A stretch of 64,000 nucleotides of DNA from an uncultured Clostridia bacterium (GCA_944368215.1 CALVWX010000005.1:32481-96480); one strand, 5' to 3'. Counted from the stretch's first letter, positions 51,201-59,632 are shown. A program made the numbers and translations. Notes: generated by a model from the sequence alone, not told the origin.

Positions 51201-52428
51201 CGTCCGCTTCGCTCATCAGCGTGCAGGTGGTGGAAGGCGTTCCCGCAACCTGTCCGTTGAATGTCTCTTCGCCGCCTGCGGCGTCTACCATTTCGCCTAT
51301 GTTAAGGTATTTTTCATACGTTATGTCGTCGAAGAACGCATAACCCTCAAGGGTGTAAACGCTCGAGCGTCCCAACCCTACCGTAAGCGTTATCGTCGTT
51401 TCGGCGTAGTCGCAGGCGCTCACATACAGGGTGTACTGAACCCAGCCGTTATTGCCCTTTTCCCACGTGCCGCTCTCCTCGTCGTAGGGATTCAGAACGT
51501 CGGTATTTATGTTTTCTATTCTGAAGTTTTCAAGCGAAGTCCCGCCGACGGTCTGCGCAAGCTGAATGTAGGCGCCGCGCTGGTCCTTTACTTCCGTGCG
51601 CGCGTCGTTGTTGCCGCCGTAGTACAAATCGCTCGTCTTCACCCACACGCTTATCTTTGCGGCGGTGTTTGCTTCGAGCGTCAGCGTGGTGGAGGAGGAA
51701 TAGTAAGTCTCCGTGCCCTGCTTGTCGTCGTCCACATAGTTGTGAATCATCAGCACGTTGCTCTCAATCGCGCTGTCGGCGCTCAGGTCGGAAGAGGTGT
51801 AATAATTGCCGTCCTCGTCGGTGTAATAGGTCACCTGATTGCCTTCGGCGTCGTACAGCACTTTATTGCCGCTCTCGTCCTCGACCCAGCGGTAATTGTG
51901 GGTGTTGGGGTTTGCGATATATTCCGCGCCGGCTGCGATGTAATAATCGTCGGTCTGGTCGTCCTCGTCGTCATCCTCGTTTTCAAGAATGGCCGAAGCG
52001 GGGTCTTTGAAGGGCAAATCTTCGGGCATTGCGTTGTAATTTACATAATTTTCGTCGTCCGTTTCCAGCGCGGCGTTGTCCCAAAGCTTCTGGGGCAGCT
52101 CGGGGTCGGTAAGCTTGCTCCAGTCCTCTGCGGTCGTGCCTATTACGCCCGAAGCCGAATCGGAGGCGGTGGCGCTTGAGCCCGTCGCGCTCGACCAGTT
52201 GTCGGGCGTACCTATAATGTACGTTCCGTCGTTGTCGCTGAAAAATTCGAAGTTGCCGTTTTTAAGTACCTGCTCGTCAACTTTGGTAGAGGTATTTGTG
52301 TCCTCTTCTTCGTTTGTGGTAGTGTCTGCGCAGGCGCTCGCAAACATCGCAAAGGAGGCAGCCACGGCAACTATGCCGAATATGGCGGATTTGTACTTTG
52401 CGCTTCTCGTTTTAAATTTTTTGCTCAT
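48283..52428 (-). CDS. Very large (1381 aa) cell-surface protein: lipobox-type signal peptide, three beta-sandwich (CBM/galactose-binding-like) modules, C-terminal TM and acidic cytoplasmic tail
   Basis: ATG at 52428, 7 nt after AAGGA. MSKKFKTRSAKYKSAIFGIVAVAASFAMFASAC (lipobox-like ASAC). There are three modules with recurring strand patterns (ISVWVKT/GWVQYTLYVSA; VSFWIKT/GWVQCFALVSC; ISVRVKV/GKWVTVNFFVHSG). The TM is IWLLVSSIVMVVAILIAIAVLLL, followed by a basic then D/E-rich tail. Confidence 0.75.
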   Translation of the reverse strand: MSKKFKTRSAKYKSAIFGIVAVAASFAMFASACADTTTNEEEDTNTSTKVDEQVLKNGNFEFFSDNDGTYIIGTPDNWSSATGSSATASDSASGVIGTTAEDWSKLTDPELPQKLWDNAALETDDENYVNYNAMPEDLPFKDPASAILENEDDDEDDQTDDYYIAAGAEYIANPNTHNYRWVEDESGNKVLYDAEGNQVTYYTDEDGNYYTSSDLSADSAIESNVLMIHNYVDDDKQGTETYYSSSTTLTLEANTAAKISVWVKTSDLYYGGNNDARTEVKDQRGAYIQLAQTVGGTSLENFRIENINTDVLNPYDEESGTWEKGNNGWVQYTLYVSACDYAETTITLTVGLGRSSVYTLEGYAFFDDITYEKYLNIGEMVDAAGGEETFNGQVAGTPSTTCTLMSEADEKIFPVDKAIYNQLPSPVEQYSNNYYYYIDLATSASQTASGQRDNVILSDDNLKVDLTVDDDGYVSSRGNGSATYSGLTKPQSNQTTYLNKDLNINVADDIIAKLEIDSSWTWSLESRYGAVLEDELKTAAELPATDGTADVLLMLSARGAAYEAVISDPSFTFSEGDSGYKIVSFWIKTDELTDANTVTVTARQTGDSENEASFQVDSTTVDPVTINDTEDVYNGWVQCFALVSCSEDLIGSESFELVINYGATTIKSTTSSDYYGGWYAIANISVLSVDETAFGYADTETRAAALSITEEASDSTNIDDPLYSGQIDSEIAVPSSYKGVNGGSASVQNVPVEVSDYDRVNNYDLAGLINKDNFDAYKTAYSHLLDQVENSTILDALFGENATWDTAVGATVTQPLLIVNTARTFAERTAVYNYGYIGSDSSVSADSYLAISVRVKVSEGAKATVYLVDTATKQPLSFNTPAYTFWYDNDGNVLKGEPDEDWTREQQRANIAYTLRDDGLYEDENGNLYANLYNLAHEYFDERANYFDAQGNAVAFDNLVEGEIYYADAQKTAYAPHYLVTDDGDRVYSYVSGVDGGVVYNYFVDGEVDTERQIKAFDTNVAVPRYTGGESNPYALTVDAIANPEIAGKWVTVNFFVHSGSVEKSYRLELWSGSRDEQTSEGVLDGSYVMFDYSAVSLDEDTYSSLISHYSGNIIEAYRNALRAADSSIVFDSNDENIAYYEALAAEKGVDVNLYNYIAEYYTYTLYDSTSYIPFNADTAEEGESGYNYAYSDYSEELAVLKVEDMLRYDAEGNATVSGSPLVNMFIDYSTTDKDISMTNSSDVTDDEEDTTTTPADTTNIWLLVSSIVMVVAILIAIAVLLLRDLRKKVKARPQAGKNTYNYKKNRRYVRTYVKEHGETTVRDENEGGETTDGQTDTPAEEQPQANVEETDGNAGEAESESSEEGNADGPADDGDGSDNN

Positions 52429-52512
52429 ATCTGTATCCTTAAAATAAGTTGCAAAATTTTCCGTCTGCGGATATAAGGGCGCAATACCCCTACTGTCCGA
52501 CCGTACCATTAC

Positions 52513-52541
52513 ATTTTAATATAAATGAACCTTTTAAGCAA
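52513..52541 (-). promoter_or_regulatory. Candidate sigma-A promoter for the large surface-protein gene
   Basis: On the minus strand: TTGCTT(52541-52536)-17 nt-TAAAAT(52518-52513). Confidence 0.45.
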
Positions 52542-52630
52542 CTATTTCTGCGTGAAAATACAGCAAAAAATAAAAATAATAACCTCTCTTTTAAAAAATA
52601 ATCGCTGCAGTTTTGCGCAAATTAAATAGT

Positions 52631-53002
52631 ATGAAAGGCAAAGCAGACAAAGCTACAAAAAAACAGCGCGTTCTCGGCGGGGCGCTCATAGGCATAATAA
52701 ACGGACTGTTCGGCGGCGGAGGGGGAATGGTGGCCGTGCCCGTGCTGTCCGATTCTCTCGGCTATCCCAAAAAACAGGCTCACGCCACGGCCATAGCTGT
52801 CATCGCTCCCGTATGCGCCGTCAGCGCAATTTCATATATAATCAGTGGCTATGCGCACATAAACGTAATAATTCCCGCCGCGCTCGGCAATGTTGCGGGC
52901 GGGGTCATAGGCGCAAAGCTCCTCGGCGCGCTGCCCACCCTCGCCGTGCAGATATGCTTTATAGCCGTAATGCTCGCCGCGGGCATAAGGATGATGATAT
53001 AA
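52631..53002 (+). CDS. TauE/SafE (TSUP) family half-size membrane protein, N-half
   Basis: ATG at 52631. About 4 TM with the family signature GLFGGGGGMVAVP. The stop at 53000-53002 is immediately followed by the next ATG. Confidence 0.7.
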   Translation: MKGKADKATKKQRVLGGALIGIINGLFGGGGGMVAVPVLSDSLGYPKKQAHATAIAVIAPVCAVSAISYIISGYAHINVIIPAALGNVAGGVIGAKLLGALPTLAVQICFIAVMLAAGIRMMI

Positions 53003-53383
53003 ATGGCCTTTCTCATCTATGCGGCGGCGGGATTTCTTTCGGGGCTGCTCGGCGGCATGGGTATGGGCGGTGGCACAATACTCATTCCCGCGCTCACATT
53101 ATTTTGCGGCGTAAACCAGCACGTCGCGCAGGTCACAAATTTAATTTCCTTTCTGCCCATGGCGGTATTTTCGCTGTCCGTCCACAAAAAACAGGGGCTC
53201 ATCAAAACCCGGGGCCTTGCCTCACTGATAATTCCTGCCGTAATAACTTCCGTGCTCGGCGGTCTCGTCGCGCTCATCCTCCCCGCAAGAGTCCTCGGCC
53301 GGCTCTTCGGCGCTTTTCTCGTCGCACTCGCCATACACGGCGCCATCGAAGCCGCCGCCTCGCTCAAAAAAGGGCGCGGGTGA
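53003..53383 (+). CDS. TauE/SafE (TSUP) family half-size membrane protein, C-half
   Basis: 126 aa, about 4 TM, with the signature GLLGGMGMGGGTILIP. Confidence 0.7.
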   Translation: MAFLIYAAAGFLSGLLGGMGMGGGTILIPALTLFCGVNQHVAQVTNLISFLPMAVFSLSVHKKQGLIKTRGLASLIIPAVITSVLGGLVALILPARVLGRLFGAFLVALAIHGAIEAAASLKKGRG

Positions 53384-53461
53384 CTTGCTGTACCTTCAGG
53401 CCGTTCGTATAAAGCTTCGCGTGCCTCGTTTGATAAAATCTTCGGCGGCGCACCGCCGCAC

Positions 53462-53494
53462 AAAAAACCCCGCGCGTTTTTTAAACGCGCGGGG
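53462..53494. terminator. Bidirectional terminator between the TSUP genes and spoVB
   Basis: AAAAAA-CCCCGCGCG-TTTTTTAAA-CGCGCGGGG. Confidence 0.8.
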
Positions 53495-53500
53495 CCATAT

Positions 53501-55000
53501 TCATTTCCTGATTTTGAGTAATTTTTTTATGGGCTCAAAGCTTATAAGCCCCAGTGTAAAAAAGGCGATTATGGTAAACGCCGTCACCGCGCCGCCGCAT
53601 ATGGCTATGTTTGCTATTGTCGGCAGTGAGTAAGTCAGTCTGCGCAAGAGCAGCCCGAACAAACTGCAGAACACGCACACCGCCGCGCTCGCCGCCGTGT
53701 ATTTTGCGCATTTTGTCCCCGCGCATTTCTTTCTCAGCAGACATACGTTTAAAATGGCCGTTATCACATAGCTTCCCGCCAGACCCGCCATGTACGAATA
53801 TATGCCTATGACGGGCGTCAGAATGAATATGCACGCCAGCATGAACAGCGCTCCTACAAAAAAGTAAATAAGCGTGCGCACTTCGCAGTTCATGGAATTG
53901 AGCACCGTGGTAGTAATCATCGATATACACATGGGGAAGAGCATGAACGCAAAATTTCTTATCACTTCCCCGCTGAAGGCATTGCCGAACAGCAGTTCTC
54001 CCAAATCCCCGCCAAGCGTGAACAGCGGCGGTATCAGCAGGGCGGCTATCAGCACGGCCGCTTTAATGGTCTTTTCCACGTCCCGTTTAAGCGTCTCTTT
54101 GCGCTCGGCATAGTAATGTTCGCTCATTTCGGGCGCGACGACTACGGCTATCGAACCTATCAGCGAGTTTGGTATAAACAGCACGGGCAGGCTCATGCCC
54201 GTAACCGCGCCGTACAGCGCCAGCGCCTCCGAACTGTCGTATCCGCACGCGCTTATCAACAGCGCGGGCAGAAAAGTCGCCACCACCGAATTTAAAAGGG
54301 AGGTGGAAGTGCGCATGGCCGTAATGGGCATCGCCGAAGCCAGAAGGGGCTTTAACTGCTCCTTGGGGTTTACAAATTTTCCGCCGTGCGTCAGATACCA
54401 GCCTACCGAAACAATAAAAGAGAATATGTAAGATATCAGAGCGGCGACCGTGGCACGCAGCGCGCCGTCCGTCGGCGTCGTCGCCGAAAAAACGAGTACG
54501 GTTCCGAGTATTACCATAACGCTGTCCTCGGCCAGCTCTATCAGGGAATATGGCAAAAACTGTTTGTTGCCCCAGAATGTTCCGCGCATTACGGCGTAAA
54601 CGGAGGTGAGTATCAGCCCGGGCAGCAGCAGAACGAATATGTTCAGGCTCTCTTCGTCGGGGAAGAGGAAGGATAAAAGGTTGCGCCCGAAAAATATAAT
54701 TATCGCCGCGGGCACCGTGAACATAAGCGTGCTTAAAACGCCCGCCGTCACCACCGCGTGCTTGCCGCGCGCCGTGCCCGTCGCGCTCTGCTTGGCTATC
54801 ATGCGCGAAACGGTAACGGGTATGCCGCTCGAAGCCGCCGTCAGAAATACCGAAAACACCGAAAGGCAAATCTGGTAAATGCCTATGCCCTCGGCCCCGA
54901 TGAGGCGCGAAAGTATTATTCTGTACGCAAACGACAGCGTCTTTTCTATCGTCGAAAAAATCGTCACCTGCGCCGCCGATCTGTAAACATTGCTTGCCAT
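53501..55000 (-). CDS. spoVB: Stage V sporulation protein B-like MOP-superfamily flippase
   Basis: 499 aa, about 14 TM. The N-terminus AAQVTIFSTIEKTLSFAYRIILSRLIGAEGIGIYQ is typical of the SpoVB/MurJ-like polysaccharide biosynthesis family. Confidence 0.7.
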   Translation of the reverse strand: MASNVYRSAAQVTIFSTIEKTLSFAYRIILSRLIGAEGIGIYQICLSVFSVFLTAASSGIPVTVSRMIAKQSATGTARGKHAVVTAGVLSTLMFTVPAAIIIFFGRNLLSFLFPDEESLNIFVLLLPGLILTSVYAVMRGTFWGNKQFLPYSLIELAEDSVMVILGTVLVFSATTPTDGALRATVAALISYIFSFIVSVGWYLTHGGKFVNPKEQLKPLLASAMPITAMRTSTSLLNSVVATFLPALLISACGYDSSEALALYGAVTGMSLPVLFIPNSLIGSIAVVVAPEMSEHYYAERKETLKRDVEKTIKAAVLIAALLIPPLFTLGGDLGELLFGNAFSGEVIRNFAFMLFPMCISMITTTVLNSMNCEVRTLIYFFVGALFMLACIFILTPVIGIYSYMAGLAGSYVITAILNVCLLRKKCAGTKCAKYTAASAAVCVFCSLFGLLLRRLTYSLPTIANIAICGGAVTAFTIIAFFTLGLISFEPIKKLLKIRK

Positions 55001-55411
55001 TACGTTTTATTTTACCCGCCGCGCCCGCAAAATATGTTAACAAATGTCGCATTGTGCCGCATATGATATATAAATGTTTACACTCATATGCGACAGGCCG
55101 CGCTTTTTCCGCGCAACCAAAGGCTCTTCGGCCGTCGCCGCCGAAAAAATTTTCAGCTGTCCCGTAACCGCCCGCGAAGAGGGGCAAATCTGTCCTTTAA
55201 CGCCCGAGCCCTGCGCCGTGTACATTGCAAAGCCATTCGACGATTTTCCTTCAATCGCCGCAAAGACGGGAAGGGAGGCGGCGCGACTTGCCGCGTTCAA
55301 CGGCGGCGTCGTCTGGCCGTGCCGAAAAATTTATCTTTATTGAAGCGTTTTTAATAAGTGTCTGTAAAATTAATTTTTGCGCGGAGCGCGTCGTTCGGCG
55401 CGGCGGATATA

Positions 55412-55439
55412 ACAAAATTTTCTCAAATGCCATAAAATA
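55412..55439 (+). promoter_or_regulatory. Possible sigma-K-type promoter
   Basis: AC(55412-55413)-17 nt-CATAAAATA(55431-55439) compared with the Bacillus sigma-K consensus AC-16/17-CATAnnnTA (as I recall it). Confidence 0.3.
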
Positions 55440-55472
55440 AAGTAACCCACACAATTTTTACGGAGGTAAAAA

Positions 55473-56132
55473 ATGTCCTTTTTTTCTAACTTTCAATCCT
55501 CGCAGTGTCCGGGTACGATAACGGGCAATGCGTTGAACGGACTGTGCGAAAAGGTCTGCATTCAGGCGCAGAAAATTTTCGATGCCTGCATCAAACAGAT
55601 ACAGATAGAAAATTACACTCTCACCTTAACCGACCTCACGCCCGCCAATCCTACATACCCTCTCACATTCATAAGCGCGCGCTCCGCGTCGTCGTCAGGC
55701 ACCATAACTTCCCTCTCGGTCGACCGCCTCGCCGACAAGCCGGGCTGTGCGCGCGTGCAGGCCACAATCTCCATTCCCGTCGAAGTCGTCTATACAGACG
55801 CCAACGGCGTGGAGGGGGTGGCCCAGTCCACAATCTCGGTTACGGAAGATGTTCTTTTATCCGTCCCCGCTCCGTCTATAATGCCCTACCGTGTCACGGC
55901 GGAAACTTCGGCCGTATGCGCCGAAGGCACCTTCAACACAGACGGCGGAACGTTTACCGTAAACGCCTGCATAACGGTCATATTAAAGGTTTCCATCGAC
56001 GTGCAGATTCTTCTTCCGTCGTACGGCTACTGCGCCATTCCTCCCGCCCAGGACTTCTCAAAGGAGGTATGCGCGGGCTTCTTCGAACTGCCTTTGTACC
56101 CTCAGGCAAAATCGTGCAACAAGTGCAAGTAG
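55473..56132 (+). CDS. Cys-rich hypothetical protein (possible spore coat/late mother-cell protein)
   Basis: 219 aa, SD GGAGG 7 nt upstream. Cysteines are paired at both ends (CPG..C..C..C at the N-terminus, C..CNKCK at the C-terminus) around a Thr/Ser/Val-rich beta-like core. I recognise no family. Confidence 0.6.
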   Translation: MSFFSNFQSSQCPGTITGNALNGLCEKVCIQAQKIFDACIKQIQIENYTLTLTDLTPANPTYPLTFISARSASSSGTITSLSVDRLADKPGCARVQATISIPVEVVYTDANGVEGVAQSTISVTEDVLLSVPAPSIMPYRVTAETSAVCAEGTFNTDGGTFTVNACITVILKVSIDVQILLPSYGYCAIPPAQDFSKEVCAGFFELPLYPQAKSCNKCK

Positions 56133-56145
56133 AGGTATGCTGAAA

Positions 56146-56177
56146 GCGGCGCAGCCCCCGGCTGCGCCGCATATTTT
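56146..56177 (+). terminator. Terminator after the Cys-rich gene
   Basis: GCGGCGCAGCC-CCCG-GCTGCGCCGC followed by ATATTTT. Confidence 0.7.
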
Positions 56178-56304
56178 GCGCTTTTTATAGTACTATGTCA
56201 CGCATAATTGCCTATTTAATGGACATAAATCAAATTTTTGTCTATTATTTTTGTTGCGGCAAAAAATACTTTAAAACGCAAAAAATTTGTGCTACAATAT
56301 ATGC

Positions 56305-57000
56305 ATGAACATTTTCGCCATAAGCGATCTGCACCTTTCCGGCCTTGCGGACAAGCCCATGGACGTATTCGGCCGCAACTGGGAAGGGCATTTTGAAAAG
56401 ATAAAAACCGACTGGAAAAATAAAGTGACGGCGGAGGACGTCGTCCTCGTCTGCGGCGATATCAGCTGGGGCACCACGCTCGAAGAGGGTCTGCACGATG
56501 TTTATTCTTTAAAGGAGCTCCCCGGCAAAAAAGTTTTCATCCGCGGTAACCACGACTACTGGTGGAACGGCATTACCAAACTTCGCCGCGCCGCGCCCGA
56601 CGGCACCTTTTATTTTCTCCAGAACGACTGCGTAAAATTCGGCAACGTAATCATCTGCGGTTCGCGCGGATGGGCGTGCCCGGGCAGTCCCGACTACACC
56701 GAACACGACGAAAAATTATACCTCCGCGAAGTCGAGCGCTTCAGGCTGTGCTTTAAGGAGGTGGATAAAATCAGGCAGGAAGGCGACATCTTAATTGCGC
56801 TCATTCACTACCCGCCCATGGGGCTCAAACTCCAGCCCACGCTCTTCACCCAGCTCTTCGAAGAGCAGGGTGTAAACAAAGTCGTCTTCGGCCACCTTCA
56901 CGGCGACGTCTTTTTCCCCTTCCGTCATGTAAGGGGAGGCATAGAATATATTCTCACTTCCTGCGACAAGGTCGGCTTCGTCCTCCAGAAAATTCTGTAG
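56305..57000 (+). CDS. Metallophosphoesterase (calcineurin-like)
   Basis: ATG at 56305 (MNIFAISDLHLSG) with motifs GDISWG, RGNHDYWW and GHLHG. Confidence 0.85.
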   Translation: MNIFAISDLHLSGLADKPMDVFGRNWEGHFEKIKTDWKNKVTAEDVVLVCGDISWGTTLEEGLHDVYSLKELPGKKVFIRGNHDYWWNGITKLRRAAPDGTFYFLQNDCVKFGNVIICGSRGWACPGSPDYTEHDEKLYLREVERFRLCFKEVDKIRQEGDILIALIHYPPMGLKLQPTLFTQLFEEQGVNKVVFGHLHGDVFFPFRHVRGGIEYILTSCDKVGFVLQKIL

Positions 57001-57065
57001 CCGCCGCATTGGGCGCGGCGCCGCGCCCCTGTACATTTTTTATAAAAAAATTTTTGATTTTTCCC

Positions 57066-57094
57066 TTTACATTTTGCGCGTTTAATGATATACT
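57066..57094 (+). promoter_or_regulatory. Sigma-A promoter (extended -10) of the pyr operon
   Basis: TTTACA(57066-57071)-17 nt-TATACT(57089-57094) with TGA upstream of the -10. Confidence 0.55.
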
Positions 57095-57178
57095 TTTAAA
57101 AATAAATCAAGTAATCGGCGGAAAGTAAATTGGCTACTCTCAAAAGACAAATACTATCAACTTTTATGTGACCCGTTG

Positions 57179-57227
57179 GCGGAATTGTTATCTGTAGGTA
57201 TTATGGATAATTATTTCCGCTTTTTTT
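57179..57227 (+). terminator. Leader terminator (candidate attenuator) upstream of pyrB
   Basis: GCGGAATTGTTATC...GATAATTATTTCCGC followed by TTTTTTT. It lies ~85 nt into a ~250-nt leader. An upstream segment GCGGAAAGTAAATT (57118-57131) could compete for the 3' arm. Confidence 0.55.
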
Positions 57228-57353
57228 ATGTTCGGCAAAAATTTGCATCGCATAATGCAGCTTCCTCAGCTTGTGCCCGGAATGACAAGTAATAACGGCT
57301 GACCCGTTTTTCCGCTTTAAATTTGCAAAATATATTTTTAAGGATATACAAAA

Positions 57354-58286
57354 ATGCTCAAATCAAAAGATCTGCTTGGTCTGCGCGACATCACCGCCGA
57401 AGAGATCACCGAAATTTTAGATCTCGCCGAGTCTTACAAAAGACAGGTAAAAGCGGGCGACAAAAAGTTTTCAGACCTCAAGGGCAAAACTCTCGTCACG
57501 CTGTTTTATGAAAACAGCACGCGCACGCGCACCTCGTTCGAGCTCGCGGGCAAATACCTCGGCGCGCACGAAGTCAACATTTCCGCGTCGTCCAGCTCCG
57601 TTCAGAAGGGCGAAACGCTCATAGACACGGGCAAGACGCTCGACGCGCTGCAAACCGATTTCATCGCCATCCGCCATCCCATGGCGGGCGCGCCCCATCT
57701 TTTGGGCAAAACGGTCAGAGCCTCCGTCCTCAACGGCGGCGACGGCATGAACGAGCATCCCACCCAGGCGCTTTTAGACATGCTCACCATGCGCGAAACT
57801 TTCGGCTCGCTCACGGGGCTCAAGGTCGCCATTATGGGCGATATAAAGCACAGCAGGGTGGCAAAATCCAACCTCTTCGGTCTCTCCAAAATGGGCGCCG
57901 AAGTATGGGTGTACGCTCCCAGAACGCTCATCCCCGCGGGCTTTGACGAACTCGGCGCGCATATCGCCCGCTCGCGCGAGGAAGCTATCGACAGCGCAAA
58001 CGTCGTCATGGGCCTGAGAATTCAGCTCGAGCGCCAGTCCGGCGGGCTGTTCCCTTCGCTGTCCGAATACTCGCAGTTCTACGGCGTAAAGGATAATATG
58101 TTAAAACTTGCCGCGCCCAATGCAATAATCATGCACCCCGGCCCCGTCAACCGCGGCATAGAGCTCACGCCTTCGCTCATCGACGGCGAACAGAGCAGAA
58201 TAGAAGACCAGGTAACTTCGGGTCTCAGCGTGCGCATGGCCGCGCTTAAATTGCTTTGCGAATACAGGGAGAAGAACGGCTTATGA
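57354..58286 (+). CDS. pyrB: Aspartate carbamoyltransferase catalytic subunit
   Basis: 310 aa with motifs STRTRTSFE, HPTQALLD, HPGPVNRG. Confidence 0.96.
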   Translation: MLKSKDLLGLRDITAEEITEILDLAESYKRQVKAGDKKFSDLKGKTLVTLFYENSTRTRTSFELAGKYLGAHEVNISASSSSVQKGETLIDTGKTLDALQTDFIAIRHPMAGAPHLLGKTVRASVLNGGDGMNEHPTQALLDMLTMRETFGSLTGLKVAIMGDIKHSRVAKSNLFGLSKMGAEVWVYAPRTLIPAGFDELGAHIARSREEAIDSANVVMGLRIQLERQSGGLFPSLSEYSQFYGVKDNMLKLAAPNAIIMHPGPVNRGIELTPSLIDGEQSRIEDQVTSGLSVRMAALKLLCEYREKNGL

Positions 58287-59560
58287 AAACTCTCATCAAA
58301 AACGGCAGCGTGGTATTCAAAGACTGCGTAAAGAAAAACGACATACTCATAGAAAACGGCAAAATAATCGCCCTCGGCGAAGAAATATCCGGCGCGGACG
58401 AAGTAATAGACGCCGCGGGCAAAACGGTCATTCCCGGAATAATCGACATGCACGTCCATCTCCGCGAACCCGGCTTCGAGGGCAAGGAGGACATAGCCTC
58501 CGGCTCGCTCGCCGCAGTCGCGGGCGGAGTCACTCAGGTCTGCTGCATGCCCAACACCAACCCCGTGTGCGACAACGCCGTCGTGGTCAACTATATAATA
58601 AACAGGGCAAAGGAAGCAGACCTCTGCAAAGTGCGCCCCATCGGCGCAATCACCCGCGGTGAGGCGGGCGAAAGCCTTTCAGATATCGGCAAAATGGCCA
58701 AGGCGGGCGCAGTCGCTCTCTCGGACGACGGAAAATCGGTCATGAATTCGCTCATCATGCGCCTTGCCATGGAATACGCCTCCGACTTCAACCTTAAATG
58801 CCTCTGCCATTGCGAGGATTTGTCCCTCGTCGACGGCGGCGTCGTCAACGAAGGCTACAACTCCACGCTCTGCGGCCTCAAGGGTCAGCTGAGGGCGGTG
58901 GAGGATATAATGATCTCCCGCGACATCTGCCTCGCGCAGAGCCTCAGCGTCCCCGTGCACATCTGCCACGTATCCACTTATTCGGGCGTTGAAATTATCC
59001 GCGCGGCAAAAAAGAACGGCGTTCAGGTCACTGCGGAAACCTGCCCGCACTACTTCATTTTAACCGACGATATAATAACAAACTTCGATACTTACACCAA
59101 AGTCAGCCCTCCCGTCAGGGAAGAGCGCGATCGCCAGGCCATAATCGAAGGCCTCAAGGATGGCACGCTCGACTGCATAGTCACCGACCACGCGCCCCAT
59201 TCAAAGAAGGATAAGGAGGTTGAGTACAACCTTGCCGCCTTCGGCATGAGCGGACTCGAAACGAGCTTTGCATTGAGCTACACTTACCTCGTAAAGAGCG
59301 GAATACTCACCCTGCCCCAGCTTATGTGCAAGATGAGCTATAACCCCGCCAAGGTTCTCGGCCTCGAGGGAGGAGAGATAAAGGTGGGCGGCGTTGCGGA
59401 CCTTGCAATCGTCGACATAGACGCAAGCTACGAAATCGACGGCGAAAAATTCTATTCCAAGGGCAAAAATACCCCCTTCAACGGCTACAAAGTTTACGGC
59501 AAAGTGTGCTACACTATTGTCGACGGCAAAATCAAGTTTGATTTGAGCAAAATGCAATAA
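58283..59560 (+). CDS. pyrC: Dihydroorotase
   Basis: ATG at 58283 (ATGA overlap with pyrB). GIIDMHVHLREPG, DHAPH. Confidence 0.95.
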   Translation: MKTLIKNGSVVFKDCVKKNDILIENGKIIALGEEISGADEVIDAAGKTVIPGIIDMHVHLREPGFEGKEDIASGSLAAVAGGVTQVCCMPNTNPVCDNAVVVNYIINRAKEADLCKVRPIGAITRGEAGESLSDIGKMAKAGAVALSDDGKSVMNSLIMRLAMEYASDFNLKCLCHCEDLSLVDGGVVNEGYNSTLCGLKGQLRAVEDIMISRDICLAQSLSVPVHICHVSTYSGVEIIRAAKKNGVQVTAETCPHYFILTDDIITNFDTYTKVSPPVREERDRQAIIEGLKDGTLDCIVTDHAPHSKKDKEVEYNLAAFGMSGLETSFALSYTYLVKSGILTLPQLMCKMSYNPAKVLGLEGGEIKVGGVADLAIVDIDASYEIDGEKFYSKGKNTPFNGYKVYGKVCYTIVDGKIKFDLSKMQ

Positions 59561-59632
59561 AAAATTTTTTTGCGGGCGATGCCGGCCATTGGCCTATTAG
59601 CTCAAAAGCCACTGTATTATCTATTTCCCTGT

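Noticed and set aside
54087-55187. 366-aa minus-strand ORF overlapping spoVB
   Set aside because: It is an Arg/Gly/Asp-rich alternate frame of the 14-TM spoVB CDS with no membrane or domain signature.
55505-56143. 212-aa ORF in the +2 frame over the Cys-rich gene
   Set aside because: Its Arg/His-rich composition contrasts with the coherent T/S/V/C-rich product of 55473..56132, which also has a proper GGAGG SD.
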